Of a stretch of 64,000 nt of DNA, positions 1-9,255 are shown piece after piece. Location: positions 28,692 to 92,691 of the forward strand of contig FR902170.1 of the NCBI GenBank assembly GCA_000437855.1, written 5' to 3'. Every line of letters starts with the position of its first letter. The first letter of the stretch is position 1. Under the pieces are notes generated by a model. The model was not told the DNA's origin. It searched no databases and saw only the letters and a list, made by a program, of their open reading frames with translations. Source of the DNA: Clostridium sp. CAG:567 (GTDB lineage: Bacteria > Bacillota > Clostridia > TANB77 > CAG-508). A program made the translations under genes and the position numbers.

Positions 1-1707
1 TCAGTATTAACAATAATTGTACTTGCAATTGGAATAATGGCAATTGTGAATGAATTAAACTTACATTATAAAATAGAAGAAATTAGTGAATATAATTATT
101 TTATTTTGGAACAAAATGGTAAATATGGAGTAATTGATAAAAGTGGTAATATTGTAATTGATGCAGATTATGAAGCAGTTCAAATTCCAAATCCATCTAA
201 GGATATATTTATATGTATAAAAGAATACAATCAAGATACAAAAGAGTATGCTACTGTTGTATATAATGGCAAGAAAGAAGAAATCCTATCAAATTATAAT
301 AATGTACAAGCAGTTGCGATTTTTACTAATATAAACTCAACACCTTATGAAAGAAGTGTATTAACTTATAAAGAAAATGGAAAATATGGGTTGATTGACT
401 TACAAGGAAAAGAAATAACTAAACCAATTTATGATGAGATTTCTAGTATTAATTATAAAGAAGGAACATTTTTAGTAAAACAAAACGAACAAGAAGGCAT
501 AATCAACATGAAAGGAAAGACTATTATTAAATGTGAGTATGAAAGTGTAACCTCTGATAATTATTATAATGAGGACCAAAATAATGAAAAAGCAGGTTTT
601 ATTGTTAGCAAAAAAACAGATGATGGATATAGATATGGATATATTAATTATAGAGGTTCTAAAATTGTAAAACCTATTTTTACACAATTAGAAAGAGTAA
701 CAGAAATAAGCGATGACAAAAATATATACTTTATAGCATTTAAGGATGGACAAGCAGGATTATTAAAAAATAACAAGGAAATAGTAAACTACGAATATGA
801 AGATATACAATATAATGTACTAAGTGATGTATTTATAATTCAAAGAAATGGAAAATACGGAGCTAATACAAGAGAAGGAAAAACAATTTTATATCCAGAA
901 TATTCAAGTGTTTATACCGGTGGAATATATATAAATGCTGTAAAAGATAATGTAATAGAAGTATTTGATTTACAAGGCAATAAAATAGAAACAGATATAA
1001 ACAGTAAAATAAAAACAGAGAATTCTAACTATTATATAACAATTGATAAAAATAATATTTATAAAGTCGTAGATGCAAATGAAAATGTAATTATAAATAA
1101 TGATTATAATTATATGGAGTATTTACCAGGAGATTATTTTATAGTAGCACGTGACTCAAAAAATGGTGTTGTAGATATTAATGGAAAATCTGTTATAGAA
1201 CTTAAATATGATAGTATTTCAAGAATTAATGAAACAAACATATTACAAGCAGAAACTAATAAATCAATAGAACTATATAATCTAAATATGAAAAAAATAA
1301 CAACAATGAGTAATGCAACTATAAAAGAAGTAAAAGATGATAAAGAGTATATATTATTATTTTCAGAAAATGATTTTAAATATCTTGACAAAGATGGAAA
1401 TATATTAAAAGCACAAGAATTATTTAAAGAAAACAATCTATTTGCTAAAAATGTAAATGGCAAGTGGGGATTTGTTGATAAAAATGGTAATTTAAAAGTA
1501 CAAAATAAATATGAAGTGGTAACAGACTTTAACAAATATGGATTTGCGGGAATAAAAAAAGATGGCAAATGGGGAGTAATAGATCAAGAAGGACATATAG
1601 TACAAGAACCAATATATGAGTTAAAATGGAACATGCCAGAATTTATAGGAAAATATTATAGAGTAAATGCATGGTATGGAGATGCTAGATTTAGTGATAA
1701 AGTATAA
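1..1707 (+). CDS. WG-repeat (KWG-type) protein, 5' end cut by window edge
   Basis: Frame 1 is open from nt 1 (SVLTIIVLAIGIMAIV looks like a membrane anchor). Many copies of the GKYG(V/L)ID..G..(I/V)I.P.Y repeat typical of WG_beta_rep proteins. Stop at 1705-1707. Confidence 0.6.
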   Translation, partial: SVLTIIVLAIGIMAIVNELNLHYKIEEISEYNYFILEQNGKYGVIDKSGNIVIDADYEAVQIPNPSKDIFICIKEYNQDTKEYATVVYNGKKEEILSNYNNVQAVAIFTNINSTPYERSVLTYKENGKYGLIDLQGKEITKPIYDEISSINYKEGTFLVKQNEQEGIINMKGKTIIKCEYESVTSDNYYNEDQNNEKAGFIVSKKTDDGYRYGYINYRGSKIVKPIFTQLERVTEISDDKNIYFIAFKDGQAGLLKNNKEIVNYEYEDIQYNVLSDVFIIQRNGKYGANTREGKTILYPEYSSVYTGGIYINAVKDNVIEVFDLQGNKIETDINSKIKTENSNYYITIDKNNIYKVVDANENVIINNDYNYMEYLPGDYFIVARDSKNGVVDINGKSVIELKYDSISRINETNILQAETNKSIELYNLNMKKITTMSNATIKEVKDDKEYILLFSENDFKYLDKDGNILKAQELFKENNLFAKNVNGKWGFVDKNGNLKVQNKYEVVTDFNKYGFAGIKKDGKWGVIDQEGHIVQEPIYELKWNMPEFIGKYYRVNAWYGDARFSDKV

Positions 1708-1716
1708 GGAGAAAAA

Positions 1717-2967
1717 ATGTATAAACAATTTGGAATAAATGAAGAAGTAATTGAATTAGCACATAAAACAGAAGAACAGGTTAAAGAACAATTTAAAAAA
1801 ATAGAAGAAGTATGTGAATATAATAGCTTAAAAATTTTATCTGCATTTCAAAAATATAATCTATCAGAAATGCACTTTAATAGTACAACAGGATATGGAT
1901 ATTCTGATGTTGGAAGAGAGACAATTGAAAAAATTTTTGCAGAAGTTTTGAATACAGAAGATAGTTTAGTAAGAGGACAATTTATTTCAGGGACTCATGC
2001 ACTAACAGTTGCTCTATTTGCATTCTTAAGGCCAAATGATATATTTTTAAGTATAAGTGGAAAACCTTATGATACATTAGATGAAGTTATAGGTATTGTA
2101 GATAATCCAAGTTCATTAAAATCTTATGGAGTAAAATATGAACAGATTGATATGATTGAAAATGACTTTGACTATGAGAAAGTAAAAGAAAGAGTATCAA
2201 AAAATGATATAAAATTAATTGAAATTCAACGTTCTAGAGGATATTCGTTAAGAGATAGTATTACATTAGATAAAATTCAAAAGGTAATAAAAACAATACG
2301 TGAAGTAAATGAAAAAGTTATAATAATGGTTGATAACTGTTATGGAGAGCTAGTAGAAAAAATAGAACCAACAGATTTGGGAGCAGATGTAATAGTTGGA
2401 TCTTTAATAAAAAATTTAGGTGGAGGAATTGCACCAAATGGGGCATACATAGCTGGAAAAAAAGAATTAGTTGAATTAGCTGCTGAAAGATTAACTGCAC
2501 CAGGTTTAGGAAAAGAAGTTGGACCAACTTTAGGAATGAATAAACAAATATTACAAGGTTTATTTTTTGCTCCACATGTTGTAGCAAGTAGTTTAAAAAC
2601 AGCAGTGTTTGCAAGTAAATTATTAGAAAATTTAGGTTATATTGCAAATCCAAAATTTGACCAAAAAAGAACAGATATTGTGCAAACAATTACTTTTGGA
2701 GACAAACAAAAACTTATAAAATTTTGTCAGGGAATACAAATAGGTTCTCCAATAGATAGCAACTCTATACCTGAGCCATGGGATATGCCAGGTTATACAG
2801 ATCAAGTAATTATGGCAGCAGGTGCATTTACACAAGGTTCGTCAATAGAATTATCATGTGATGCACCAATTAGAGAGCCATATATGGCCTTTATGCAAGG
2901 TGGACTTACTTATGAATATGGAAAACTTGGAGTATTAAAAGCAGTTAGTTATATGTTAGAAAATTAA
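1717..2967 (+). CDS. Aluminium-resistance / methionine gamma-lyase-like PLP enzyme family (YnbB-like)
   Basis: 416 aa. N-terminal EYNSLKILSAFQKY...TGYGYSDVGRE...SGTHAL pattern recalled from this family. AGGAG RBS upstream of the ATG. Confidence 0.7.
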   Translation: MYKQFGINEEVIELAHKTEEQVKEQFKKIEEVCEYNSLKILSAFQKYNLSEMHFNSTTGYGYSDVGRETIEKIFAEVLNTEDSLVRGQFISGTHALTVALFAFLRPNDIFLSISGKPYDTLDEVIGIVDNPSSLKSYGVKYEQIDMIENDFDYEKVKERVSKNDIKLIEIQRSRGYSLRDSITLDKIQKVIKTIREVNEKVIIMVDNCYGELVEKIEPTDLGADVIVGSLIKNLGGGIAPNGAYIAGKKELVELAAERLTAPGLGKEVGPTLGMNKQILQGLFFAPHVVASSLKTAVFASKLLENLGYIANPKFDQKRTDIVQTITFGDKQKLIKFCQGIQIGSPIDSNSIPEPWDMPGYTDQVIMAAGAFTQGSSIELSCDAPIREPYMAFMQGGLTYEYGKLGVLKAVSYMLEN

Positions 2968-2993
2968 TAACTATATATGAGAAGAGGTAAAAG

Positions 2994-4254
2994 ATGAAAA
3001 CGATTGTAATAGGTGGCGGACCAGCAGGAATGATGTCAGCTATTGAAGCAAGTAATATTCGGAAATAGTGTTATACTTTTAGAAAAAATGGATTCATTAG
3101 GAAAAAAACTATTAATAACTGGAAAAGGCAGATGTAATATTACAAGTTCACTTCCGATTGAAGATTTTATACAAAACGTACCAGGAAATGGTATATTTTT
3201 GTATAGTAGTTTTAATAATTTTACAAATAAAGATATAATAAAAATGCTTGAAGAAGAGGGTTTAAAAGTAAAAGAAGAAAGAGGACATAGAATTTTTCCA
3301 ATTACAGATAGCTCAAAAGATGTTTTAAATGTATTAGTAAGGTTATTAAAAAGGTCAAATGTAAAAATTGAAACAAATGCAAAAGTGGAGAAAATCTTAA
3401 CAGAGAATGAAAAAATTGTAGGAGTGCAGGCAGTTATAGATGGAAAAGTTAGAACTATAAATGCTGATAAAGTAATTTTAGCTACCGGTGGTATGAGTTA
3501 TCCGGTAACAGGTTCAAATGGTGATGGGTATGAACTAGCAAAAGAACTTGGACATACTATAACTAAGATTAAGCCATCACTAATACCATTAACAGCTCAA
3601 AGAGAATCACTAGAAATATGCAAAGAATTACAAGGACTTAGTTTAATAAATGTATCAATAAAATTGATAGACACACAAAAAAATAAAATAATATATGATG
3701 ATTTTGGAGAAATGTTATTTACACATTGGGGTGTATCAGGTCCAATAATTTTAAGTGGATCAGCACACTTACTAAGATATAAAAATGTTGAGGAATTATT
3801 AAAAGAAGGAAAAATTGAATTAAGCATAAATTTAAAACCAGCACTTACAGAAGAAAAACTAGAAAATAGAATATTAAGGGATTTTGAAGCACAAAAAAAT
3901 AAGGAATTTAAAAATAGTTTAAATGAATTATTACCTAAAAAGCTAATAGAACCTATAATTAGAATGTCTGGAATAGATGAAAATAAAAAAGTAAATTCTA
4001 TAACCAAACAAGAAAGAAAAAATTTAGTAAAGTTACTTCAAGATTTTAGAATAAAAATAAATGGATTTAGACCAATTAATGAAGCAATTGTAACCTCTGG
4101 AGGAATTTCTGTAAAAGAAATAAATCCTAAAACAATGGAATCAAAAATAATACATGGACTATATTTTGCAGGAGAGATTATTGATGTAGATGCATATACT
4201 GGAGGATTTAATTTGCAAATTGCATGGTCTACAGGGTATACAGCTGGAATGTAA
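2994..4254 (+). pseudogene. HI0933/YhiN/BaiN-type FAD-dependent oxidoreductase, interrupted by a +1 frameshift near nt 3060
   Basis: ATG 2994 (RBS GAAGAGG 2981-2987) encodes MKTIVIGGGPAGMMSAIEASNIRK*, i.e. the GxGxxG FAD fold, and stops at 3066-3068. The rest of the family (GNSVILLEK..LGKKLLITGKGRCNIT...GGFNLQ.AW.TG) runs in frame 1 from 3061. Deleting C3060 gives the continuous read AIEASNIGNSVILLEK. Confidence 0.8.
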
Positions 4255-4267
4255 GGAAAGGAAATTT

Positions 4268-4891
4268 ATGAAAACTATTACAAGCAACACAGAGGCTGAA
4301 GTTGTAGAAAAAAGATCAAAATTTATTGGTAATTTATATTATGTTGAATCAGTAGAACAAGCTGAAGAAAAAATAAAAGAAATAAAGAAAAAGTACAATG
4401 ACGCAAGACATAGTTGTTTTGCTTACCGTATTTGTGTACAAGATTCAGTTGTAGAAAAGTTTAGTGATGATGGTGAACCAAGTGGAACAGCAGGAGCGCC
4501 AATGTTAGGCTTACTTTCAAAATTAGATTTAGCAAATTGTCTTGCAATAGTAACTAGATACTTTGGAGGAATTCTGTTAGGAACTGGAGGTCTTGTAAGG
4601 GCATATACTGAAGCTACAAAACAAGCACTTGAAAAAGCCCAAATAGTTGATATTCAAAGTGGAGAAGAAATTTTAATAACTTTATCATATAACAAATTAG
4701 GAGAATTTCAGTATTATTGTCAAAAGAATGATATAAAAATAGTAAGCGTTGAGTACGAAGAAAATATAACTTGTAAAATACAGGTTACGACCGCACAAAA
4801 AGAAAAAATAGTAAATGAAACTATAAAAAAACAATATAATATAAGTAACATAGAAGTCACAAAGGAAATATATATAACGAATAATAACTAA
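4268..4891 (+). CDS. yigZ: YigZ / IMPACT-family protein (UPF0029)
   Basis: MKTITSN..EVVEKRSKFIG...H.CFAYRI...DDGEPSGTAGAPML motif. The ATG at 4268 has RBS AAGGAAAGG. The 4190 start in the ORF track overlaps the upstream gene and is unlikely. Confidence 0.7.
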   Translation: MKTITSNTEAEVVEKRSKFIGNLYYVESVEQAEEKIKEIKKKYNDARHSCFAYRICVQDSVVEKFSDDGEPSGTAGAPMLGLLSKLDLANCLAIVTRYFGGILLGTGGLVRAYTEATKQALEKAQIVDIQSGEEILITLSYNKLGEFQYYCQKNDIKIVSVEYEENITCKIQVTTAQKEKIVNETIKKQYNISNIEVTKEIYITNNN

Positions 4892-5014
4892 AAAAATACA
4901 AAAAATGGAAAAAATTTCCAAAAACCTATTGCAAAATTTTTATATTCATAATATAATCATGAAAGTAAAAAAAATGTAAAAATTTTACAAATTTAAAAAT
5001 AGGGGGAAATAGAA

Positions 5015-5833
5015 GTGAATGAAAAAATTACAGTATTAGTAGCAGATGACAATAGTGACTTTACTATGACATTATCAAATTATTTAGAAAAAGAGGAACA
5101 AATTCAGATTGTTGGAATTGCTAGAGATGGTAATGAAGCCTATGATATGGCAGTAAATTTAAAGCCAGATATATTACTACTTGATATAATAATGCCACAT
5201 CTTGATGGACTTGGAGTCTTAGAAAAATTAGGAGAAACTAATTTAGAAAAAAGACCATTATCAATTATATTATCTGCAGTAGGACAAGACAAAATAACTC
5301 AAAAAGCAATAGCACTAGGAGCACAATATTACATTGTAAAACCTTTTGATATTAATGTATTAATAAAAAGAATGAAGGAGTTAAAAAATTATCAACCTGT
5401 TCAGTTTAAAGGTGGATTTGTTACTAGAGAAATAAAGTCACAATATATAGACATTGCACCAGATCAAAAGAAAAACGAAGAAAACTTAGAAGCACTTGTA
5501 ACTAATATCATTCACGAAGTTGGAGTACCAGCTCATATAAAAGGATATCAATATTTAAGAGAAGCAATAATGATGGTAGTTAAAGATACCGAAGTAATAA
5601 ATCAAATTACAAAACAACTTTATCCAGAAATTGCATGTAAATATAAAACCACCCCAAGTAGAGTAGAAAGAGCAATCCGTCATGCAATAGAAGTAGCATG
5701 GGGAAGAGGAGAGCAAAGTGCAGTTGAAAACATATTTGGCTACACAGTATCAGCAGCCAAAGGAAAGCCAACCAATAGCGAATTTATAGCGATGATTAGC
5801 GACAAATTAAGGCTTGAATTAAAAAGTGCATAA
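5015..5833 (+). CDS. spo0A: Sporulation master regulator Spo0A
   Basis: REC domain (VLVADDN...[17 protein letters not shown]) plus the diagnostic Spo0A C-terminal domain ([17 protein letters not shown]..., [21 protein letters not shown]). GTG start with RBS AGGGGGA. Confidence 0.95.
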   Translation: MNEKITVLVADDNSDFTMTLSNYLEKEEQIQIVGIARDGNEAYDMAVNLKPDILLLDIIMPHLDGLGVLEKLGETNLEKRPLSIILSAVGQDKITQKAIALGAQYYIVKPFDINVLIKRMKELKNYQPVQFKGGFVTREIKSQYIDIAPDQKKNEENLEALVTNIIHEVGVPAHIKGYQYLREAIMMVVKDTEVINQITKQLYPEIACKYKTTPSRVERAIRHAIEVAWGRGEQSAVENIFGYTVSAAKGKPTNSEFIAMISDKLRLELKSA

Positions 5834-5840
5834 AAATAAT

Positions 5841-5880
5841 AGGACATACTCTAATTTAGAAAAAGAGTATGTCTTTCTTG
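5841..5880. terminator. Bidirectional hairpin terminator between spo0A and the convergent RHH gene
   Basis: GACATACTCT (5843-5852) pairs with AGAGTATGTC (5864-5873). T-rich tails on both strands. Confidence 0.6.
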
Positions 5881-5884
5881 TTGT

Positions 5885-6073
5885 TTATTCTTCTTCAAGA
5901 TTTTCAAGACCAAATTCAATAATTTGATTTATGACGCTATTAAAACTTATATTATTTTTTTCAGCAAGATCATTTATTTTATCAAAAGTTTTTCCACTTA
6001 TTCTTATAGTTCTAGTAATAGTATCATTCCTTTTAGAAAAGTTTAAAATTTTTAATTTTTCCATTTCAATCAC
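5885..6073 (-). CDS. Small ribbon-helix-helix (CopG/Arc-like) DNA-binding protein
   Basis: 62 aa. The pattern RTIRISGKTFDKINDLAEKNNISFNSVINQIIEFGL fits a beta-strand plus two helices, as in RHH proteins. Divergent from the nrdD-like gene. Confidence 0.4.
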   Translation of the reverse strand: MIEMEKLKILNFSKRNDTITRTIRISGKTFDKINDLAEKNNISFNSVINQIIEFGLENLEEE

Positions 6074-6167
6074 CTATTACATAGTGTACACAAAAACAAA
6101 TATATTATAAGTGTACAAAAATGTGTTTTTAACAAAAAATTGACTGCTTTGTTTAACAAAAACTCTA

Positions 6168-6196
6168 TTGACTAATAATTATATGGAATATATAAT
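6168..6196 (+). promoter_or_regulatory. Sigma-A-type promoter upstream of the nrdD-like gene
   Basis: TTGACT (6168-6173), 17 nt spacer, TATAAT (6191-6196). A second TTGACT at 6140-6145 is preceded by the same TTTAACAAAAA motif. Confidence 0.45.
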
Positions 6197-6226
6197 TAAC
6201 ATAGCTCAAAGCGAGGAGGATCAATA

Positions 6227-8398
6227 ATGTTAATTGAAGTTCCAGAAAAAGTTGCTAAAAAAATAGTTGTAAAAAGAGACGGAAAAAAGGTTGAGTTTGA
6301 TGGTGCAAAAATTGCACTTGCTATTCAAAAAGGATTTGGAGACATTGTAGGAAATGAAGATTCTAAAACAGCTAAATATAATGAGACAGATGTTAATAAA
6401 GTATACAGTAAGGTATTAGGAAGAATACAAAAAATAGATTCAGAAAAAATAAAAATTGAAGAAATTCAAGATTTAATAGAAGAAGAACTGAAAAATAACG
6501 GATACCAAGATGTATATGGTGCTTTTGCTAGCTATCGTGAAAAAAGAGCACAATCAAGGCAATTATTTTTTGATGAAAAAAAGCAACATAAATTTCTAAA
6601 AGCACTAGAAAACTTAGGACTTAAGTCAGCTAATGTAGAAGAAAACAAAAGAGAAAAAAATAATGATAGTGAAACAACTATGGGCAATATGTTTCAATAT
6701 GCAAGTGCAATCTCAAGGCAGTTTGCTATAACATATTTAATGAAAAAGAAATTTTCAGAAGCACATGAAAATGGAGACATATATATTCATGGAATGAACT
6801 TTATTCCAACAGGTACTACCAGTTCATGTCAAATTGATATAAGTAAATTATATGATGATGGTTTTTATATAGGAAATAATTATATAAAAGAGCCAAATGG
6901 AATAATTGCATACTCGAATTTAGCAACAGTTGCAATACAAGCAAATCAAAATGATCAATATGGTGAACAAAGTATACCTTCATTTGACTATTATATGGCA
7001 CCAGGAGTTCTTAAAACATTTAAAAAGCAGTTAAAACAATTGATTTTCGATTATTTAGAGTTAACAGATTTTGATAAATTTATAGCTGTAAATGGAATAG
7101 AAAGAGAAATTGATAAAATAAATACTATTGAGTTTGATTCAAATATATTTGATAAATATTGCAGAGATTCACAAGAGCTTAAAAGAATGTTTAAAATTGC
7201 TTATACTAAAGCGATTGAAAAAACTAAAAAACTAACAGATCAAGCAATGGAATCATTTATATATGACTTAAATACAATTCATTCAAGAGCAGGAAATAAG
7301 TTACCATTTTCATGTATCAATTTTGGAACAGATACATCACCAGAAGGTAGAATGGTAATTAAATCAATATTAAAAGCAATTAATAATGGACTTGGAAATG
7401 GAGAAGAATGTGCTTTTCCAGTAGCAATTTTTAAAATAAAAAAAGGTACAAACTATAATGAAAAAGATGTAAATTATGACTTGCTTGAATTGGCATGTTC
7501 TGTAACGGTAAAAAGAAAAAATATTAATTTTTCATTTTTAGATGCAGAATTTAATATAAATGATTATAAACAAGGAGACTATGATACAGAAGTTTCATAT
7601 ACAGGAATAGGTAATAGAATACTAGAAAATGTAGTTGATTCTAATAAAGCAATATCTGTTGGTAGAGGAGTTCTATCAGCAACAACAATAAATTTACCAA
7701 GATTAGGAATAAAGCATGGAACTATTTCAAATAATAAAACAGATTTAAAAGGATTCTTTTTTGAACTTGAAGAAAAAATGGACTTAGTAAAAGATCAATT
7801 GTTAGAAAGATATGAAATACAATGCAAAAAAAATATATATAATTTTCCTTTTTTACTAGAACAAAATGTTTGGATAGACAGTGAACGATTAAAAGACAAT
7901 GATAATTTGAGAAAAGCACTAAAGCATGGTATTTTAAATATAGGATTTAGTGGATTAGCAGAATGCTTGAAAGCTTTAACAGGAGAACATCAAGGAGAAT
8001 CAAAAGATGCTCAAAAACTAGGAATTAAAATTGTAGAATTCATGAGAAAAAAATGTGATGAATATTCTGAAAAGTATAATTTGAATTTTAATCTAGTTGC
8101 AACGCCTAAAGAGGAAATATCAAATAAATTTATTAAATTAGATCAGGCTATTTATGGAAAACTAAAGGGTATAACAGATAAAAATCGTTATACTAACTCT
8201 TTTCATATACCGGAAGGATATAAAATTTCTGTAATAGATAAAATAAAATTAGAATCACAATATCACTGCTTAACAAATGGTGGACATATTGAAATAGTAC
8301 AAATAAAAAATGGAGATACAAAAGATATAATGAGTGTTATAAAAACTATGAAAGAAAATGGAATTGGTTATGGAAAGATAATTAATATGGAGAAATAA
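6227..8398 (+). CDS. Anaerobic ribonucleotide reductase (NrdD) homologue with ATP-cone but no thiyl Cys and no glycyl-radical C-terminus (likely non-catalytic)
   Basis: ATP-cone (VVKRDGKKVEFDGAKIALAIQKGF). NrdD blocks IYIHGMNF...SSCQIDI, GRGVLSATTINLPRLGI, RYTNSFHIP and TNGGHIEIV are present. YTGIGNRIL stands where E. coli has TPMGCRSFL. The protein ends at GIGYGKIINMEK*, before any CxxC...CxxC / RVCGY region. Confidence 0.8.
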   Translation: MLIEVPEKVAKKIVVKRDGKKVEFDGAKIALAIQKGFGDIVGNEDSKTAKYNETDVNKVYSKVLGRIQKIDSEKIKIEEIQDLIEEELKNNGYQDVYGAFASYREKRAQSRQLFFDEKKQHKFLKALENLGLKSANVEENKREKNNDSETTMGNMFQYASAISRQFAITYLMKKKFSEAHENGDIYIHGMNFIPTGTTSSCQIDISKLYDDGFYIGNNYIKEPNGIIAYSNLATVAIQANQNDQYGEQSIPSFDYYMAPGVLKTFKKQLKQLIFDYLELTDFDKFIAVNGIEREIDKINTIEFDSNIFDKYCRDSQELKRMFKIAYTKAIEKTKKLTDQAMESFIYDLNTIHSRAGNKLPFSCINFGTDTSPEGRMVIKSILKAINNGLGNGEECAFPVAIFKIKKGTNYNEKDVNYDLLELACSVTVKRKNINFSFLDAEFNINDYKQGDYDTEVSYTGIGNRILENVVDSNKAISVGRGVLSATTINLPRLGIKHGTISNNKTDLKGFFFELEEKMDLVKDQLLERYEIQCKKNIYNFPFLLEQNVWIDSERLKDNDNLRKALKHGILNIGFSGLAECLKALTGEHQGESKDAQKLGIKIVEFMRKKCDEYSEKYNLNFNLVATPKEEISNKFIKLDQAIYGKLKGITDKNRYTNSFHIPEGYKISVIDKIKLESQYHCLTNGGHIEIVQIKNGDTKDIMSVIKTMKENGIGYGKIINMEK

Positions 8399-8400
8399 AA

Positions 8401-8928
8401 ATGGATGAATTTGATGTGGACCAAGCAGACAATAAAGAATATGTTTTAAATATGATAAAAAAAGACGGAAAATTATTAGACTTTGCATCTGCAAGATTAC
8501 AAGATGATGAAGAAGTTGTAATGGAAGCAGTAAAACAGAACCCAATATCTTTAGAATTTGCAAGTAAAAGGTTAAAAAATAATGAAAAAATAGTAATGGA
8601 ATCTGTATCTAGAGTGGGATGGACAGCATGTTATGCAAGTGAAAAATTAAGAGCTAATAGGGAAATAATGCTATCAGGGTTAAAGATAGATGGTCAAATT
8701 TTATACTATGCTTCAAAAGAAATAAGAGATGACAAAGAAGCTGTTTTGTCTGCGGTAACCAACAAAGGGTTAATATTAAAATATGCAAGTAATAGATTAA
8801 GACAAGATAAAGAAATTGTCTTAGCAGCTATAAAACAAGATAAAAGAGCAAAAGAATATATTGCATCAGAAGAGCTAAAAAAGGATGAAGATGTTCAAGC
8901 TATATTAAATCCTCCGCAGGAAAGTTAA
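8401..8928 (+). CDS. DUF4116 repeat protein
   Basis: Five repeats of the type L(K/R).D(K/E)E(I/V)V(L/M).AV.QN...L.(F/Y)AS..L. The ATG lies 3 nt after the nrdD-like stop, which suggests translational coupling. Confidence 0.6.
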   Translation: MDEFDVDQADNKEYVLNMIKKDGKLLDFASARLQDDEEVVMEAVKQNPISLEFASKRLKNNEKIVMESVSRVGWTACYASEKLRANREIMLSGLKIDGQILYYASKEIRDDKEAVLSAVTNKGLILKYASNRLRQDKEIVLAAIKQDKRAKEYIASEELKKDEDVQAILNPPQES

Positions 8929-8997
8929 AATAAAAAAATAAAAAGAAAATAGAATAATTTAAAAATAAACATCAAACAATAAGTAATGGTGATTAGA

Positions 8998-9243
8998 ATG
9001 AAAATATCATGGATTAAATATGATCAAGATAAAAAGAGTTTTCGTCTACCAGAAGCCTTAGGGTTTGATGTTTTTTATTTATCAGATTTAGAACAGACTG
9101 ATAAAAAAATGAAAGAATTAATAAAGAATAACTATGATACAATAGTTATTTCAAATGAAGTTGCTGGTTTTTCAGAAGATATTATAAAAAAATATCAAAA
9201 AAGTAAGAATATAAAAATAGTAATTTCTTTGGATAAAGAATAA
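8998..9243 (+). CDS. Small protein resembling V-type ATPase subunit F (ATP-synt_F fold), orphan
   Basis: FRLPEALGFDVFYL..EQTDKKMKELIKNNYDTIVISNEVAGFSEDIIKKY resembles Enterococcus NtpG FRLFGFDV....[32 protein letters not shown] (from memory). The ATG at 8998 has RBS GGTGA. The 8986 start is an alternative. Confidence 0.35.
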   Translation: MKISWIKYDQDKKSFRLPEALGFDVFYLSDLEQTDKKMKELIKNNYDTIVISNEVAGFSEDIIKKYQKSKNIKIVISLDKE

Positions 9244-9255
9244 TAAAAATATAAT

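Noticed and set aside
4190-4267. Upstream start for yigZ (and similar long-start options for rpsF 14112, dapB 28361, dapA 30210, sufB 31198, grpE 54785, cysS 61321, holin-like 26393)
   Set aside because: In each case an internal start codon sits 5-10 nt behind a clear GGAGG-type RBS, and the N-terminus then matches the family. The longer versions overlap upstream genes or precede the RBS.
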